Shown in pieces: positions 25,821 to 38,993 of a DNA stretch of 64,000 bases. Under the pieces are notes generated by a model, which was not told the origin of the DNA, did no database searches, and saw nothing but the letters and a program-made list of their open reading frames with translations. The position numbers and the translations under genes are program-made. Source of the DNA: Eledone cirrhosa (lineage: Eukaryota); assembly GCA_964016885.1 (NCBI GenBank), contig OZ024742.1, positions 174,716,001-174,780,000 of the forward strand, given 5' to 3'. Position 1 is the first letter of the stretch. Every line of letters starts with the position of its first letter.

Positions 25821-27186
25821 ACATTGATGGATCAGGTTGTGGAAGTGGCAGAAAGGATATTACTGCAACTAATTAGAGAAAGGGGGTTTTGTGCCTGGGA
25901 AAAGTACAACGGATGCCCTCTTCTTAGTGAGACAACTACAAGAGAGGTTCTTAGAGAAGAATAAGCCACTATACTTAGCTTTTGTTGACCTAGAGAAGGC
26001 CTTTGATAGGGTACCCCAATCTGTCATCTGGTGGTCCCTAAGGAAACAAGGTATTGAGGAATGACTTGTGAGAACAGTCCAAGCTTTGTACAGAGGTGCT
26101 GTCAGTAAAGTGAGGGTAGGAATGAAGTTTAGTGAGGAATTCCAGATACAAGTAGGAGTACATCAGGGTTCGGTCCTCAGCCCACTCTTGTTCATTATAG
26201 TCCTCCAAGCTATAATAGAGGAGTTTAAAACTGGCTGCCCATGGGAACTTCTCTATGCTGACGATTTGGTTCTTATAGCAGAATCAGTAGAGGAGCTAGA
26301 GAATAAATTCTGGCTATAGAAACAGCAGTTGGAATCAAGAGAACTGAGAGTAAAAATAGCTAAGACAAAAGTGTTGATAAGTAGAAAAGAGGACAAAAAT
26401 CTGATTCCGCCAGGGAATGGCCATGTTCGATATGTAGAAAAGGAACTGCATAAATTCTATAAAATGTACACAATGCAGATATTGGGTACACAAGAGATGT
26501 AGTGGGATAGCAGGCAACTAACAGGTAGGGAAACATACGTATGCAGTAGATGTATAGGGAAATTTGACAGTAGAAGTTGCAGTGATAGACATATTTTTCA
26601 AATGCAGGTAGGATCTATAGAAGTGGTTGATAGCTTCTGGTACCTAGGTGATCAGATTAGCATGGGAGGGGGATGTTCCGAGGCCATAGTATCGAGAATA
26701 AAGACAGGTTGGGAGAAGTTTAGGGAGCTGCTTCCTCTTCTGACAAAGAATTTCTCCCTCCGTACGAAAAGCTGGTTATATGATGACTGTGTGAGATGCG
26801 CGATGCTGTATGGTGGTGAGACATGGGCAGCAACTGCACAGGATATGCGACGGCTGGAGAGAAATGAAGCAAGCATGCTCCATTGGATGTGTAATGTCAA
26901 TGTACGTGAATGACCAAGCATGGATGAGGTGAGAGAGAAACTGTGTAAAAGAGGGATAAGTTGTAGTGTGTGGGAGAGAAGATGGTATGGTCATGTCATG
27001 CGCATGGAGGATGACCGCTGGGTAAAGAAGTGCCAAGAAATGCTGGTAAAAGGAAGACACACTAGAGGAAGACCATGAAAGACATGGCCGGAGGTGGTGA
27101 GAGCGGACCTCAGATCGCTGAAGCTCTCAGAGGTGATGATGAAGGACTGTGACAAGTGGGAAAGTGGACGTAAAATGATGATGATG
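25821..27186 (+). pseudogene. RTE LINE reverse transcriptase, 5'-truncated and frameshifted
   Basis: AFVDLEKAFDRVP, GVHQGSVLSPLLF, LLYADD, FWYLG motifs; stops and frameshifts; 3' UTR mostly deleted; (gat)n tail. Confidence 0.93.
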
Positions 27187-27384
27187 AACATTGTCATAAT
27201 GAGCAGCTTAACCTGCAAGATCCTATAATGGTTTAGCAGGAAATACTAAAAACAATTTTGTCAATTCAACTGTTTATAATACTTGCAGACAGATCGTGGA
27301 GAAAATCTGCAATTAATATAGTACTGCTTTGTACTGTTCAGAATTGTCTTGCTAATATGGTTTGATGCCGTAAAAGACATTGGT

Positions 27385-27648
27385 TTAAGCCTTTTGTTGC
27401 CCTATTTTGAATGAATATCAGGACTATGATTTTTTAAATCAATTTGAAAATAATCATGAATTTAGAGAGATTTAATAATATAATTATATTTCTCAATTTC
27501 TCAATATTAAACTGTTGCTTGGGATATAAAGGTTTTTATATAAAATTATGGTGTAAGGTTTTTTAGATGAATGTAAACACTTTAAAATAAACAGCTTTTT
27601 GTCAAGGAACGAGGAATAGTTTCAAACAGATTGGTATCAAAAGGGTTA
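27385..27648. mobile_element. TTAA-ended MITE family copy (opposite orientation)
   Basis: ttaagcctttt...ggtatcaaaagggtta. Confidence 0.55.
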
Positions 27649-28529
27649 TTGTCATCCTTTGGATGTAATTAGTTCAGCTATTATTATATTCAAAATATGT
27701 GAATGCATAAAACATCCCAAGTATTTTGTGTATTTGCTGTTGCATGAAAATAGAATTGAAAATGATATTTTAAGTGCAAGGTGTTGCCAGGTAAGAGAAT
27801 TCTTTCATTAAAATGTTTTAGTATTTTTGTTTCTTTGCATTTGTAAATATTTCGTGAAGTTTTAAATTGTGTTAATTTAGCTTCAAACCAATGCTGTTAT
27901 CTTCATCAGACATACTTCAAATTACACATAACTAATTTCATGCTTGAATGTAATGGAACAAAGCTTAATACAAGAATTAATTTGAAATTTTCCTGTTTTT
28001 AAGTTATTTCTTTTCGGGTGCTATTGTTTGTAATTTGCAAAAGTTCCTTGTTTTATTTATTTTAATTACAACATATTTAAAATTGTGATTCATTCTTTTT
28101 TATCATAAACTCTTCAATTAATTTTAATTGTTGGACTAAGTTATATGATTCTCACTGCAATTAATGTTCATTATAGTAGAAGATATAAATTGAATTGAAT
28201 TGAAAGTTATACCATAGGAAAGAACTTTGTCAGAGTAGGTTAGAATATCCTGACAAATTTTGTATTTCTCACAGGTTGTTCAAATAATTGTTTTATAGCT
28301 AAATGCCATTCCTAATTATAATTATTAAACTATCTGAGTAATCTTACTATGTATTTTTTTCAAAAGAAAATCTGATAAAAATTTGTAATTAGTAATTGCC
28401 TGTCGTATAATCAAACAGGTCAACTAACAAGATATTAACTGATATGAGTAATCGCAGGTTGATAGAATTATGAAAAATAAAACAAAAACAATATTCTATT
28501 CGAATAACATCAATACTCATACATCATCA

Positions 28530-29250
28530 ATCTTCATCATCGTTTTATGTCCATTTTTTTATGCTTGCATGGGTTGGATGGATCTTCTCCAGCACAGTTT
28601 CCAACCACTCCCTGCATTTTTTTTCTTCTCCTCTCTGTGGTTCAGTATTTTTAGTTCAGCTCTAACCACTTCTGCCCAGCTTTTTCCCAGTCTTCCTACA
28701 CCACAGCCTCCTACTACTTGGATCTGATGGCACATCTTGACTCATTGATTATCATCCATGCCTGTACAGTTTTCCCTTTTGCACAACTCTAATTTCTCTC
28801 ATTTCCACATTTTCTCTTTGATCATCTGTTCTTTGCCATTCATGCACATTAAAATTACACATTTAAAGAAGAATACTTGTGTCATTCTTTTCCTGCGATT
28901 TCTTGTCCTCCACATTCACTTCCTATGCTGCACTGCCATGCATGCAATATTGCATTTTTATTGCAGTTGTCCTTCAATGTACCCTTTGCTCAGAGAGAAA
29001 ACACTTTTGTTGTCAACAGATATAGCAGTTCCCTAAATTCTTTCTATCCTCTCATTATTGTAGCTACTATACTTTCAGAGCAACCCCTCCACTGCTAATT
29101 AGGTCACATAGGTAGTAGAAGCTATCAGCTACTTATAATAAATCCTTCCCAGGATTAAAAAGAGTTTACTAATTCTTTTCTACTTATCATGCATGGCCAC
29201 TTCCCTGATTGGATCAGAGCCATAACTGTTTTCCTACTTACTAGGGTTTC
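28530..29250 (-). mobile_element. Decayed RTE RT/3' fragment
   Basis: Reverse complement resembles 26400-27186. Confidence 0.72.
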
Positions 29251-29524
29251 ATAACTTTATAAGTATACAATTGTTATTGTTGTTAGTAGGTTACACAGAA
29301 GATACAGTTGGACTTACAGAAAAGAGCTGGATCTACAGAAAAACTTAAAAAGATATAGTTATACAGCAATAATTTAACAATACAAACACCAATAAAATGA
29401 AGTCTATGAATTGCTCAGAGAGTTCCCGTGATATGATTAAGATTTTCTATTACATAGGTGATCTAATTATTGCTAATAATGGTGGCTGTAGTAAACATAC
29501 AATTACTAGTGCAGTATAGCTTAA

Positions 29525-29680
29525 GGTGGGTGGCCACTTGGCAGAGTCATTAGAATGTCAGATAGAATGTTTTATGGTATTCTTTCCAGCTCTCTGCTCT
29601 CTGAGTTCAAATCCTGCTGAGGTCAACTTTGCCTTTTATCCTTTCGAGGTCGATATAAAGGTACCAGTCTAGTACTTGAG
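29525..29680 (+). mobile_element. Older SINE related to family A
   Basis: gagttcaaatcctgctgaggtcaactttgccttttatcctttcgaggtcgat. Confidence 0.75.
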
Positions 29681-30974
29681 TGAATTCTTCCACTATATCT
29701 CTTTCTTATTTTCCTCTCTTTCACTTTCTATCTTTCTATGGAAGATATCTGCTGTACTCAGGCCTGGAGATGGATGGATTCCATTAGGCATAAAAAGGCC
29801 CAAGAAAGGCTGTATGTCAATATGACACTCGTACAACTCTATCAGAGTTACAGGACCATACATATCTTATGGTTAGGGTATGGAGCATGGCAATATTGTA
29901 GTAGTGCATAAGATTTCAAAATGGAGTATATATGCTATGCAATATAATAATAACTTTGTTATATTATGGTGGGGGCATGAACTTTTTTTTTATTTTCGAA
30001 AAAATGAAATAGGATGTGGAACAAAGAGTGTTGAGAAACTCTGTACTAAAGCTGATCAAAGAGTTAATGTTTTTGTTGGTAAAAATGGGTGTATTATCAG
30101 GGTGCAATCACTAACTCTTCACACTGAGTACTGGGAGCATTTTATAGTGGCACCAGCATTACCACTTTAGAAAGTGTACTGGGTGCATTTTACCATGGTG
30201 CCAATACTAAAATGCAATCATACAATGTAAATGTAGCAAACTAACTGAATGAATATTATTTGTATGAGAACTATTCCAAAGAAAATGAGAAGAATAGTGA
30301 GATTACATCAGTATGTTTTTATTTAGAAGTGAAATAATGAACTTAATGGCTTGTTCAACACTTGACTGCATTAGAAAATCGATTTTTATTCAATTATTCT
30401 CTTACAGGTTTCAATCATTTGACTTTGGCCATGCTGGTGTACTGCCAAGATGGAACTTAGTCAATTATCTCAAACCCAGAACTTATTTGTTCTAGTCTGG
30501 TTCTTATATTATTAACTTTTTTTCTGTGCTGCACGTTACACAGGAATGTATATCCATAATAAAATAATGAATTCTAACTGGTGAAACTTAAGTCTAACCT
30601 AACCAAATTCTTATTTTATTTTATTACTTGTATTATTTATTGTCTGTGATAGTTAAATTACAACATAATCAAATGAGATATCTGAATTGCAATAAAATGT
30701 CAACAACCTATATTGTAATAATTCTACTGTATATTTTTTCTGTCTGTCACACACAAACATTAAAACCTCACAAAATCATTCTAAAATGTTTATTTAGAAT
30801 CTATGAAATACAGTTAAAAGTAAGACAAAAACAGTTAAAATGTTAAAATAAATTATTTCCTTCATGCCCCAAATCAGCATTCTTTGACAATAGTACTTTC
30901 TCTCTCTCTCTCTCTCTCTCTCTCCCAAGAGAGAGACTTGCCTTCACATGGACACAGGCTGAAATTAAAGCATA

Positions 30975-31390
30975 CAGACACACATATATATATATATGCA
31001 TATAGTATGCACAACCCCTCCCATACATCTCTCATGAGGACAGGTTGTAGCATACACCAAGGGAAGCCTCCAGTCCACACTATAAATTAGTTTTGATGGC
31101 AACATGACAAAAAGTGGCCAGCCCAGTCTGTAAAGTGGTCGTGATGGTGACATGGCAAAAAAGACGCAGCCCACACAGAAAAGTGGTCATGTAGGTATCA
31201 TAACAAAAAGCATCCAGCCCACACTGTAAAATTGTTGTGTAGGAGGCACGACAAAAATCACCATAGAAACAAAACCAGAAACAATTCTGTCTGAGCAAGA
31301 CACGGTCATCTGACCCAACTTGCCTCAAACAGGATAACCAGTCTAACTCATGCTATCATGGATAAATGGATGTTAAACGATGATGATGTA
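30975..31390 (+). mobile_element. RTE 3' UTR remnant with tandem ~45-bp hairpin repeats
   Basis: Four cagcccacactgtaaagtggtcgtg...aaaaa units and a ggatgttaaacgatgatg tail. Confidence 0.8.
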
Positions 31391-32560
31391 AGTATTATAA
31401 TATGTAAAACTCAAAGCAAACTGGTATATACCTTCCTAGGTACTTGCAATTTCCTGAAGAAAGCTGTTGCTGCAGCCTCACTCACCAGCCATTTGGAAAT
31501 AGATATATACACACAATTGCATATATGCACAAGTCTATATATATATATATATTTATTTTCTCTTTGTAATCAGTTTAAGGGATCTATATATTGGTGAGAG
31601 TCCATTTAATCTAGAATGCTTAATGACTCAATGTCTGAAAGTTTAGGGTGGTTATCTGGCAACTCTGGATCTTGGCTGTGGTGGCTAGTGGGTGTCTTGC
31701 TATCTAGTGACCAAAATCGGAGTATATATTTTGTGTTATGTGGTTAAGGCTTACAAATCTCATTCAAGTTGAGGCATGAGTTTTGATCCTGGGGATTTTT
31801 CTAAATAAGCCACTGACACTATTGAAGAGCCTGCACCTTTTAGAACCATTGAAGTAGGGTCTATGTCTTTCCACTAATTTCTGGCTGATGTTGTAATCAG
31901 TTCAATTCTCTTTCAGATTCTTTAAATGGTTGGCAAGTTTAGTCGGGTTCTTTTTCTTCTGTTTCTGAAATGATGCTAAACAGTTGTTTTAGCATTCTTT
32001 GAACTGTCATTCAGTAGACAGTAACTCTGTTTTACATGCCCTCTCTAGAGGTCACTGACCAAAAATAATACAGGGTAGAGAGGATTATTGAGCCTTGCTG
32101 AGTATATGATATCTTTAGTACTGTTGCTATGACAAAATGTAGCTGTTACACATTGTAGTGCTGGTGCTAAGATAAAAATCCATTTAGCACACTCAGTAAA
32201 TTGGTTTAGCATTTAAGACAGCACTCAGTGATAGTAACCATACCATAATATGGAACGAATGAAAAAAGCATGATATCTGAACTATGTTCTCTTGGACTCT
32301 GGCAACACTTGCAGTCCATGCCAGCATAGAAAGCAGACATAGAATAATAACCATGATGAATATAATCTGCAAAAGTCATCTAGCCAAATAACAAGTGTAC
32401 AGCAAGATCTTTTTCAATTGCGGATGTCATTAGAAACATTATGCAGGACATTGCCTTGCCAGAGAGCTAAGCAAGAACTCATTAATGACATACTCTCATG
32501 GGCACCACGATATAAGTATACAAGGCTTTTCAGTAAAATCTTTCATTGAATACTTTTGTA

Positions 32561-32729
32561 TAGTGCCGGATTTAGGACAAATGAGGCCCTGTGCTAGTTA
32601 AGTTATGAGGAACATTTGAACATTTGAAAAATTCCTTGTGAAAAGTTTTTTTGTCATGAAGATGGGCCACCCTGGCCAATGTGGTCCTGTGTTTAAGCAC
32701 ACCAAAGCCCAATGGTAAATCCGGTACTG
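32561..32729. mobile_element. hAT-like MITE
   Basis: TIRs tagtgccggattta / taaatccggtactg; degenerate 8-bp TSD cttttgta / cttctgca. Confidence 0.72.
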
Positions 32730-33846
32730 CTTCTGCATGGGCATGGACTGTTGTTGTTCTGACCCCACAAATGCAATGCAAGATTGTGGCATATGGTGTA
32801 ATGAAGCCAGACAAATCTGAACAAGTTTGCCCCAGATGATAATTATTCTATTATGTATTAAGCATGTAATGTTTATGTAAGCTAGGCAGTCATTCAAAAT
32901 GAAAATCTAAATATTTTCTTACAAGATACTGTTTTTTTTTCCTTTTTCCTATATACATATACATTCTAAATTAAATAGAGAAATAACTCAGGAAGATGGG
33001 TAATGTGACTCTTGCAATGACAAGAGAAAATGGGGAATAAAACCATATAAAAATTACCCATAAATGCTTGAAACCAAGAAAAATAAACAGGATGTTTGTT
33101 TCTATTGGAAAGTTATTTGAGCTTAAATAATATGGGAAGGTGAAAAATCAATGAAAATGAGTGCTTGACTGGTGGAATGAAAATGTTAGACATGTGCAAA
33201 TAAGAGCTGGGCTGCATTTGCAGCAAATAAAGTTGTTCGACATCATTTCCTGTGATAGATTTGTAACTACAATCAACACCTGAGATAGAATTTTCAATTT
33301 GATGTAGATATTTGGCTTCTGTGGTATTTATTTCTAGTTATTTTAGTTAGTTTTTTTTTATATATAAACACAAAGATCTCTCATAGAAAATATTGCTTTC
33401 TTTTAGATTTTTTTGTTTCTGTATTTTTTTTTCTACATTTATATCCTGCTATAAACTTTGTACTGACAAAGTTTGTATAAGTTCATATGTATTCAGCAAT
33501 GCATGCTGGCTTTGTAAACATTAAGTTGTATTTATCTTTTATTCAGAATAAGGGAAACAAGGGAAACCTTTAACCAAACATGCTGCAAGAGAATGATGAT
33601 AACATTTCAAATATCCTACATACCTCACATCATTTGTTAGGTCATGTTTGCTTTTTGCATGCATGGTTTTTATCATATTAAATATCCATATATACTGAGG
33701 TTAAAAGTTAGACTTTTCAGTTTCCAAATCTTTCTCACTAGCAAAATTATATTTTTGTGGGTGGCAAACCTACCTGAAAAGATATTTTCTATTTCTGCAG
33801 ATGTTTTTGCAGATTTTAATATAAGTTAATTGTCATTTGTCTAGAT

Positions 33847-34165
33847 TGAGGGTCTCAACCTCAAGGACTATTACATCCTAGAGGAGAGGCACAGTGAGCC
33901 AAAAGTGAGATGATTTGGGGGAGATGATTGTCACCAATTATTATGCTAATCTGCAATACAGTTTATATGCTGTCATTCGTATATTCACTTTTATTTTGAA
34001 GTCTGCATTAGATTTGCAGATCAACCTTAATATTGCTGCTGCTGAAAGTGTATGGAAGGTGTGAGGAAAAAATTATGAAGTTTTAGGAAAATATCAGTTA
34101 CAAAAATATTTCTTATATGAAAATAGTTTGGTTGTTGCATGTGGGTGATGTGTTTGAAACCTCTG
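33847..34165. mobile_element. hAT (Charlie-like) non-autonomous DNA transposon
   Basis: Exact 8-bp TSD gtctagat (33839-33846, 34166-34173; NTCTAGAN-type target); TIRs tgagggtctcaac / gtttgaaacctctg. Confidence 0.75.
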
Positions 34166-34599
34166 GTCTAGATAGAGCATAAAACAAAACTTTATCATAA
34201 AACTTTAATTGATAAATTTACCATTTCATGTCTTTGCAAAATATTTGCTGGATGTTGCTTCATGGTTCTGGTAGACAGACTTGTGATTACTCTACCTAAG
34301 AGGATATCATAGGAAATGCACTATAAAAGCCAGTCTAATTCCCTTTGGCCATTCTTATGAGTGACCATCTCCATCCAGTTGGAAACCCAACATGCCTTAT
34401 ATTTTCCTTGATATGGGTTTAATGACAAACCAGTTGGAGAATGGCTGATATTTTGATAACTTGTGTCTTCAACCTATTTGGTAATGGAGCCTGTGTGTGA
34501 TACTGTCTTGCAGTTGATTTGGAGGACTTATCTGAAATATGTAGTGTCTGTACTTTATTGGTAGTAATCTTTATTGGCGTAGATTACTGCACATTGCTC

Positions 34600-34890
34600 C
34601 TAGCATCTATAATTGTGTATTGAATGTTAGTAGATGTTAGATCACTAGATGTTATTGATATCTTAGTATATTTAAGAAGATCTAGATGTGGTTGAGATCT
34701 TTGTATATGTAAAACCTCTAGATAAGGTTTATATTGATGTTAGTCAATGTGAGACCTGTAGATGTTGTTGGTATTTGTTAGTATATCTGAAGCTTCTAAA
34801 TTCGGTTGGTACCGTAGTGTATGTTATACCTCTAGCTGTTGTTGGTATTGATGTTGGTATGTATGAGATGCCTAGTTGTGGCTGATACTG
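34600..34890. repeat. Degenerate ~36-40-bp tandem repeat (~7-8 units)
   Basis: Recurring ctagatgt(t/g)gttg...gtatatgt..acct. Confidence 0.65.
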
Positions 34891-35149
34891 AATCTTTCCA
34901 AATTATTTGAAAATCATTGCCAGTGTCTTTTTATTAGAACTATGATAATGATAGAGATAAAGATAAAGTTTTCTCTAGTTATTATGTTCTAGTCTGTGTT
35001 GATGTTTGTGTTACTTAGCATCTATTTACTAATAAAACGCCTATTATATGGATTTTACAACAGCTGTTCCACTTATAGTCTAATAACTTGATAATTTATT
35101 AATTTCATGTAAACATTGGTGTTCTGTAATCACGTCTAGATGCTTCTCA

Positions 35150-35290
35150 TCGCCTAGTAATCAAGTTGATGGACTCATAAGGACATGGGTTCATTTCCCC
35201 GGCTGAGTGATGCAGTTAGTCCTTGAGCGAGGTACTTCATTTCACATTACTCCAGTCTACACAGCTGAAAATGAGTACTAGTAGAAACAA
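35150..35290 (+). mobile_element. Old CORE-like SINE
   Basis: gggttcatttcccggc...gtccttgagcgaggtacttcatttcacattactccagtctacacagctg. Confidence 0.65.
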
Positions 35291-36317
35291 CCAAGCTCCA
35301 CAACTGATTAGTCTTAAAGCTCCACAACTGATTAGTCTTTCTTACTCTCATCCACTAAGTTTCTATAAGACCAAAATAAGCCTCCATGTTTTGACCAAAC
35401 CAAGTGACGCATCAAAACTATGAATGCAATGAGAAACACACATTTCTTTTTGTATTTAATACCATTTGTCTCATTCTGATATATGTAGTCTTATTTACAT
35501 GACAGTTGTTAACCTATCACTCCAGTGTTTGATCATGCATTTCAAATTTACTTTTTATTGTATATTTGACACCCTTGACATTCAGGTAGCTAAGGAGAGG
35601 TGTTAATTGTATTATTTTGTTTTGATATGTCTTAGTTCAGTAACGTAAGCATAAAAGACCTTTACTATCTAACATGTGTGTACTTCCTACTGAATTCGTA
35701 TAGTTATATGTCTCGTTCAACTTGTATTGAAGTAATCAGTAGTCCACTTTATTGTGGCATTTTGAAAGAAGACCATGTCAAATATTTAGAGATTCAATGT
35801 TGATAGTTTTCCAATAATGTTGTTTGAATCTCACTACTTTTATATTTAATCTAAGATTAGGACACCCTTTTGTCAATGCTATTTTTATAATATCCAGATT
35901 TTTCACTGCTTTAGTTTAAAAATTCAGAGGTCTGGTTTATGTTGACATTTGTGAAATAGAATGGACCTCCATCGATTTTGACGATGAGTGTTCTAGTTAT
36001 TCAATCCATGGACTTGCTTGCTCATGAAATTAATGTTTAAGTGGCTCAGTATGCCACTGAAATGTATGCTTAACTTAATTCTCTGGCAGATTCAGTATGA
36101 CAAAGTGTATGCCAAGACTAGCCTATTGAATTACATATACAGACCATCTGATGGGTTCCCAATAGTTTTCATCAACCCAGTCTCATCCACAAGGCATGGA
36201 TCAACCGTAGGCTATGGTAAATGAAACTTGTTCAAGATGCTATGTAATGAAATACAGAATTTTGCACTCATCATTTTCCTTTTGCTCTTCTTCAAAGAGT
36301 AATTAGCAGTTATGTTA

Positions 36318-36420
36318 TAATTGTTTCTACTTTAGGCACAAGGCCAGCAATTACCCAGTGCATTACTGGTACTTTATTTTATCGACCCCCGTAAGGATGA
36401 AAGGCAAAGTTGACCTCGGA
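36318..36420 (-). mobile_element. 5'-truncated SINE family A
   Basis: Reverse complement of the 3' half of 3944-4130. Confidence 0.85.
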
Positions 36421-36759
36421 ATGATGAAGTGACAGAGTTGTTACAATGTTACATAGAATGCTTTGTGGTGTTTGTTCTCATGCTCGGCACTCTGAATTCA
36501 AATTATTGCTGATTTCAATTGTTCTTACATTCTTTTGAGCTTAATAAAGTATCAAACCAATACTGGCCTTGAATCTTCCTCTACATCTCTCTCCCCCTCC
36601 CCCCCCTCTCACTCTCTCTTTGTAAGAAATTGGCTCTGCAAGTGATTCCCTTGTCTCTAGCAACAGTGAAATGAAGAATACAGTTTATAACACCCAGAAA
36701 AAAGTTATTCATCACCACCACACAAACTTCCCCAACCATTAAGAGATCTATATTAAAAC

Positions 36760-37700
36760 AGGTACACTGTATCCTTGTGCTACTGTGTGTATTAGGGTTT
36801 TCAATAGGTATACTGTATCCTTGTATTGCTGTGTATTAATGTTTAGAATAACTAAACTGCATCCCTTTAATGTTTATCTGGTTTAGAATAGGTACACTGT
36901 ATCCCTGTATTATTGTGTATATCTCGTTTACAATAGGTATAATGTATCCCTATATTATTGTGTATATCTGGTTTACAATAGGTATACTGTATTATTGTGT
37001 ATATCTGGTTTACAATAGGTATACTGTATCGCTGTATTATTGTGTTTATCTGGTTTACAATAGGTATAATGTATCCCTGTATTATTGTGTATATCTCGTT
37101 TACAATAGGTATACTGTATCCCTGTATTATTGTGTATATCTGGTTTACAATAGGTATACTGTATCGCTGTATTATTGTGTTTATCTGGTTTACAATAGGT
37201 ATACTGTATCGCTGTATTATTGTGTATATCTCGTTTACAATAGGTATACTGTATCGCTGTATTATTGTGTATATCTCGTTTACAATAGGTATACTGTATC
37301 GCTGTATTATTGTGTATATCTGGTTTACAATAGGTACACTGTATCCCTGTATTATTGTGTATATCTGGTTTACAATAGGTATAATGTATCCCTGTATTAT
37401 TGTGTATATCTGGTTTACAATAGGTATACTGTATCGCTGTATTATTGTGTATATCTGGTTTACAATAGGTATACTGTATCCCTGTATTATTGTGTATATC
37501 TGGTTTACAATAGGTATACTGTATCCCTGTATTATTGTGTATATCTGGTTTAGAATAGGTACACTGTATCTCTGTATTATTTGTATATCTGGTTTAGAAT
37601 AGGTACACTGTATCTCTGTATTATTTGTATATCTGGTTTAGAATAGGTACACTGTATCCCTGCGTTACTTTGTGCATCAGGGTTTAGAACTGTATCTCTG
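36760..37700. repeat. 45-bp minisatellite, about 20 units
   Basis: Unit aataggtatactgtatccctgtattattgtgtatatctggtttac; 15-aa periodicity in the ORF track; diverged edge units. Confidence 0.97.
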
Positions 37701-38993
37701 TGTTGCTGACTTTCCAGTCTAGAATACGTACACTTTATGCCTGCATGTTAAAAGAGGTATGTAAAAGGGTTGGAACCAGGAAAAGAATCAGGCTGAAAAA
37801 AAGGACCTCAATTCATGGAGTTCACAATGCTAACTCCTGCTTCAGCAGGAAAAATAGTGATTCTTGTAATGTTGATGAATATTAACACATCAAAACATGG
37901 CTTTATCCATTGCACACATTGCAAGCTCTTTGGCCTCTCAAATTACAGCCAGACATTTCCAATAATGAGGTATTTAAATATGGGGAGTAATACTTGTAAG
38001 CATAGATGTATATATTTGAATATGTAGAGTTATAGTTGTATATATTCGATTATATGTAGCTATATTTATGTAAATCATTGTATAAATCATTTACTATATA
38101 GATAAGCCACCGTTTGACATTATTTGACATGGAAATTATATTATGATAATTTGCAGAGGAAATGCTTTCACTCCTTATTGATCTTCTTCCAATGTAAAAG
38201 TTTGTTGATTTGCTTTCTTCATAATAGATTCAGCCATCATCGAAGAAGAATCAACGACTTATTTGAATAACTCAAATATTTGGAGAATATTTCACCTCTT
38301 TTCCCAGTAATGCAATTCATACACATAAATTGTGAAAGTAAGACTTAACATTTTGAGAAGGAAATGTGATGCTATTGGGCAGAAAGAAAGAAATGGAGTG
38401 TGGGGGAGAGGGAAAGAACATGAACTAAAAGATTTCAATGTAGAGCTATTGGAGAAAGAGAAAGAGAGCAAGGGTGGGAGAGAGAGAGAGGTGGGGATGA
38501 AGAGTGCACATAATCTGTGGAAGTAAGACTTAAAATTTGAAGCAGTGGAGTGCTACCAGAGAGAGAGAGAGAGTGAGAAGCTTTTCACTGAAATTCTGCA
38601 CATGATGTTTAGATTGATTTCAATATTAATATTGATTTCCAATATGAACAAATAGTATCTCATTAATTCAGACTACAATAATAATCAATAGTGAAAGTTT
38701 TAGTTCTCCTTTCTAGCATTTATATTGTTGCAAATTAAACTAAATAGTCACTACATTGTTGTCCCTTCAGTCTCTATGTTTACTGATATATCTAATAAAC
38801 AATTGAGGATGCAGCTTGTATGCATGTCTATATTTCTAAATGGTAACATCAATGTTCTATCTATCTATCCATCCATCTCTCTCTCCTGCTCACTTTTTTT
38901 TATCTATCTAGCTAGCTATCTAGATATCTATCTATCTAACTAGCTGTCTATCTAACTAGCTGTCTATCTCACTAGCTGTCTATCTATCTATCT

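Noticed and set aside
36870-37602. 227-aa and 201-aa repeat ORFs, or a CRISPR-like array
   Set aside because: Pure tandem 45-mer with no spacers; eukaryotic context
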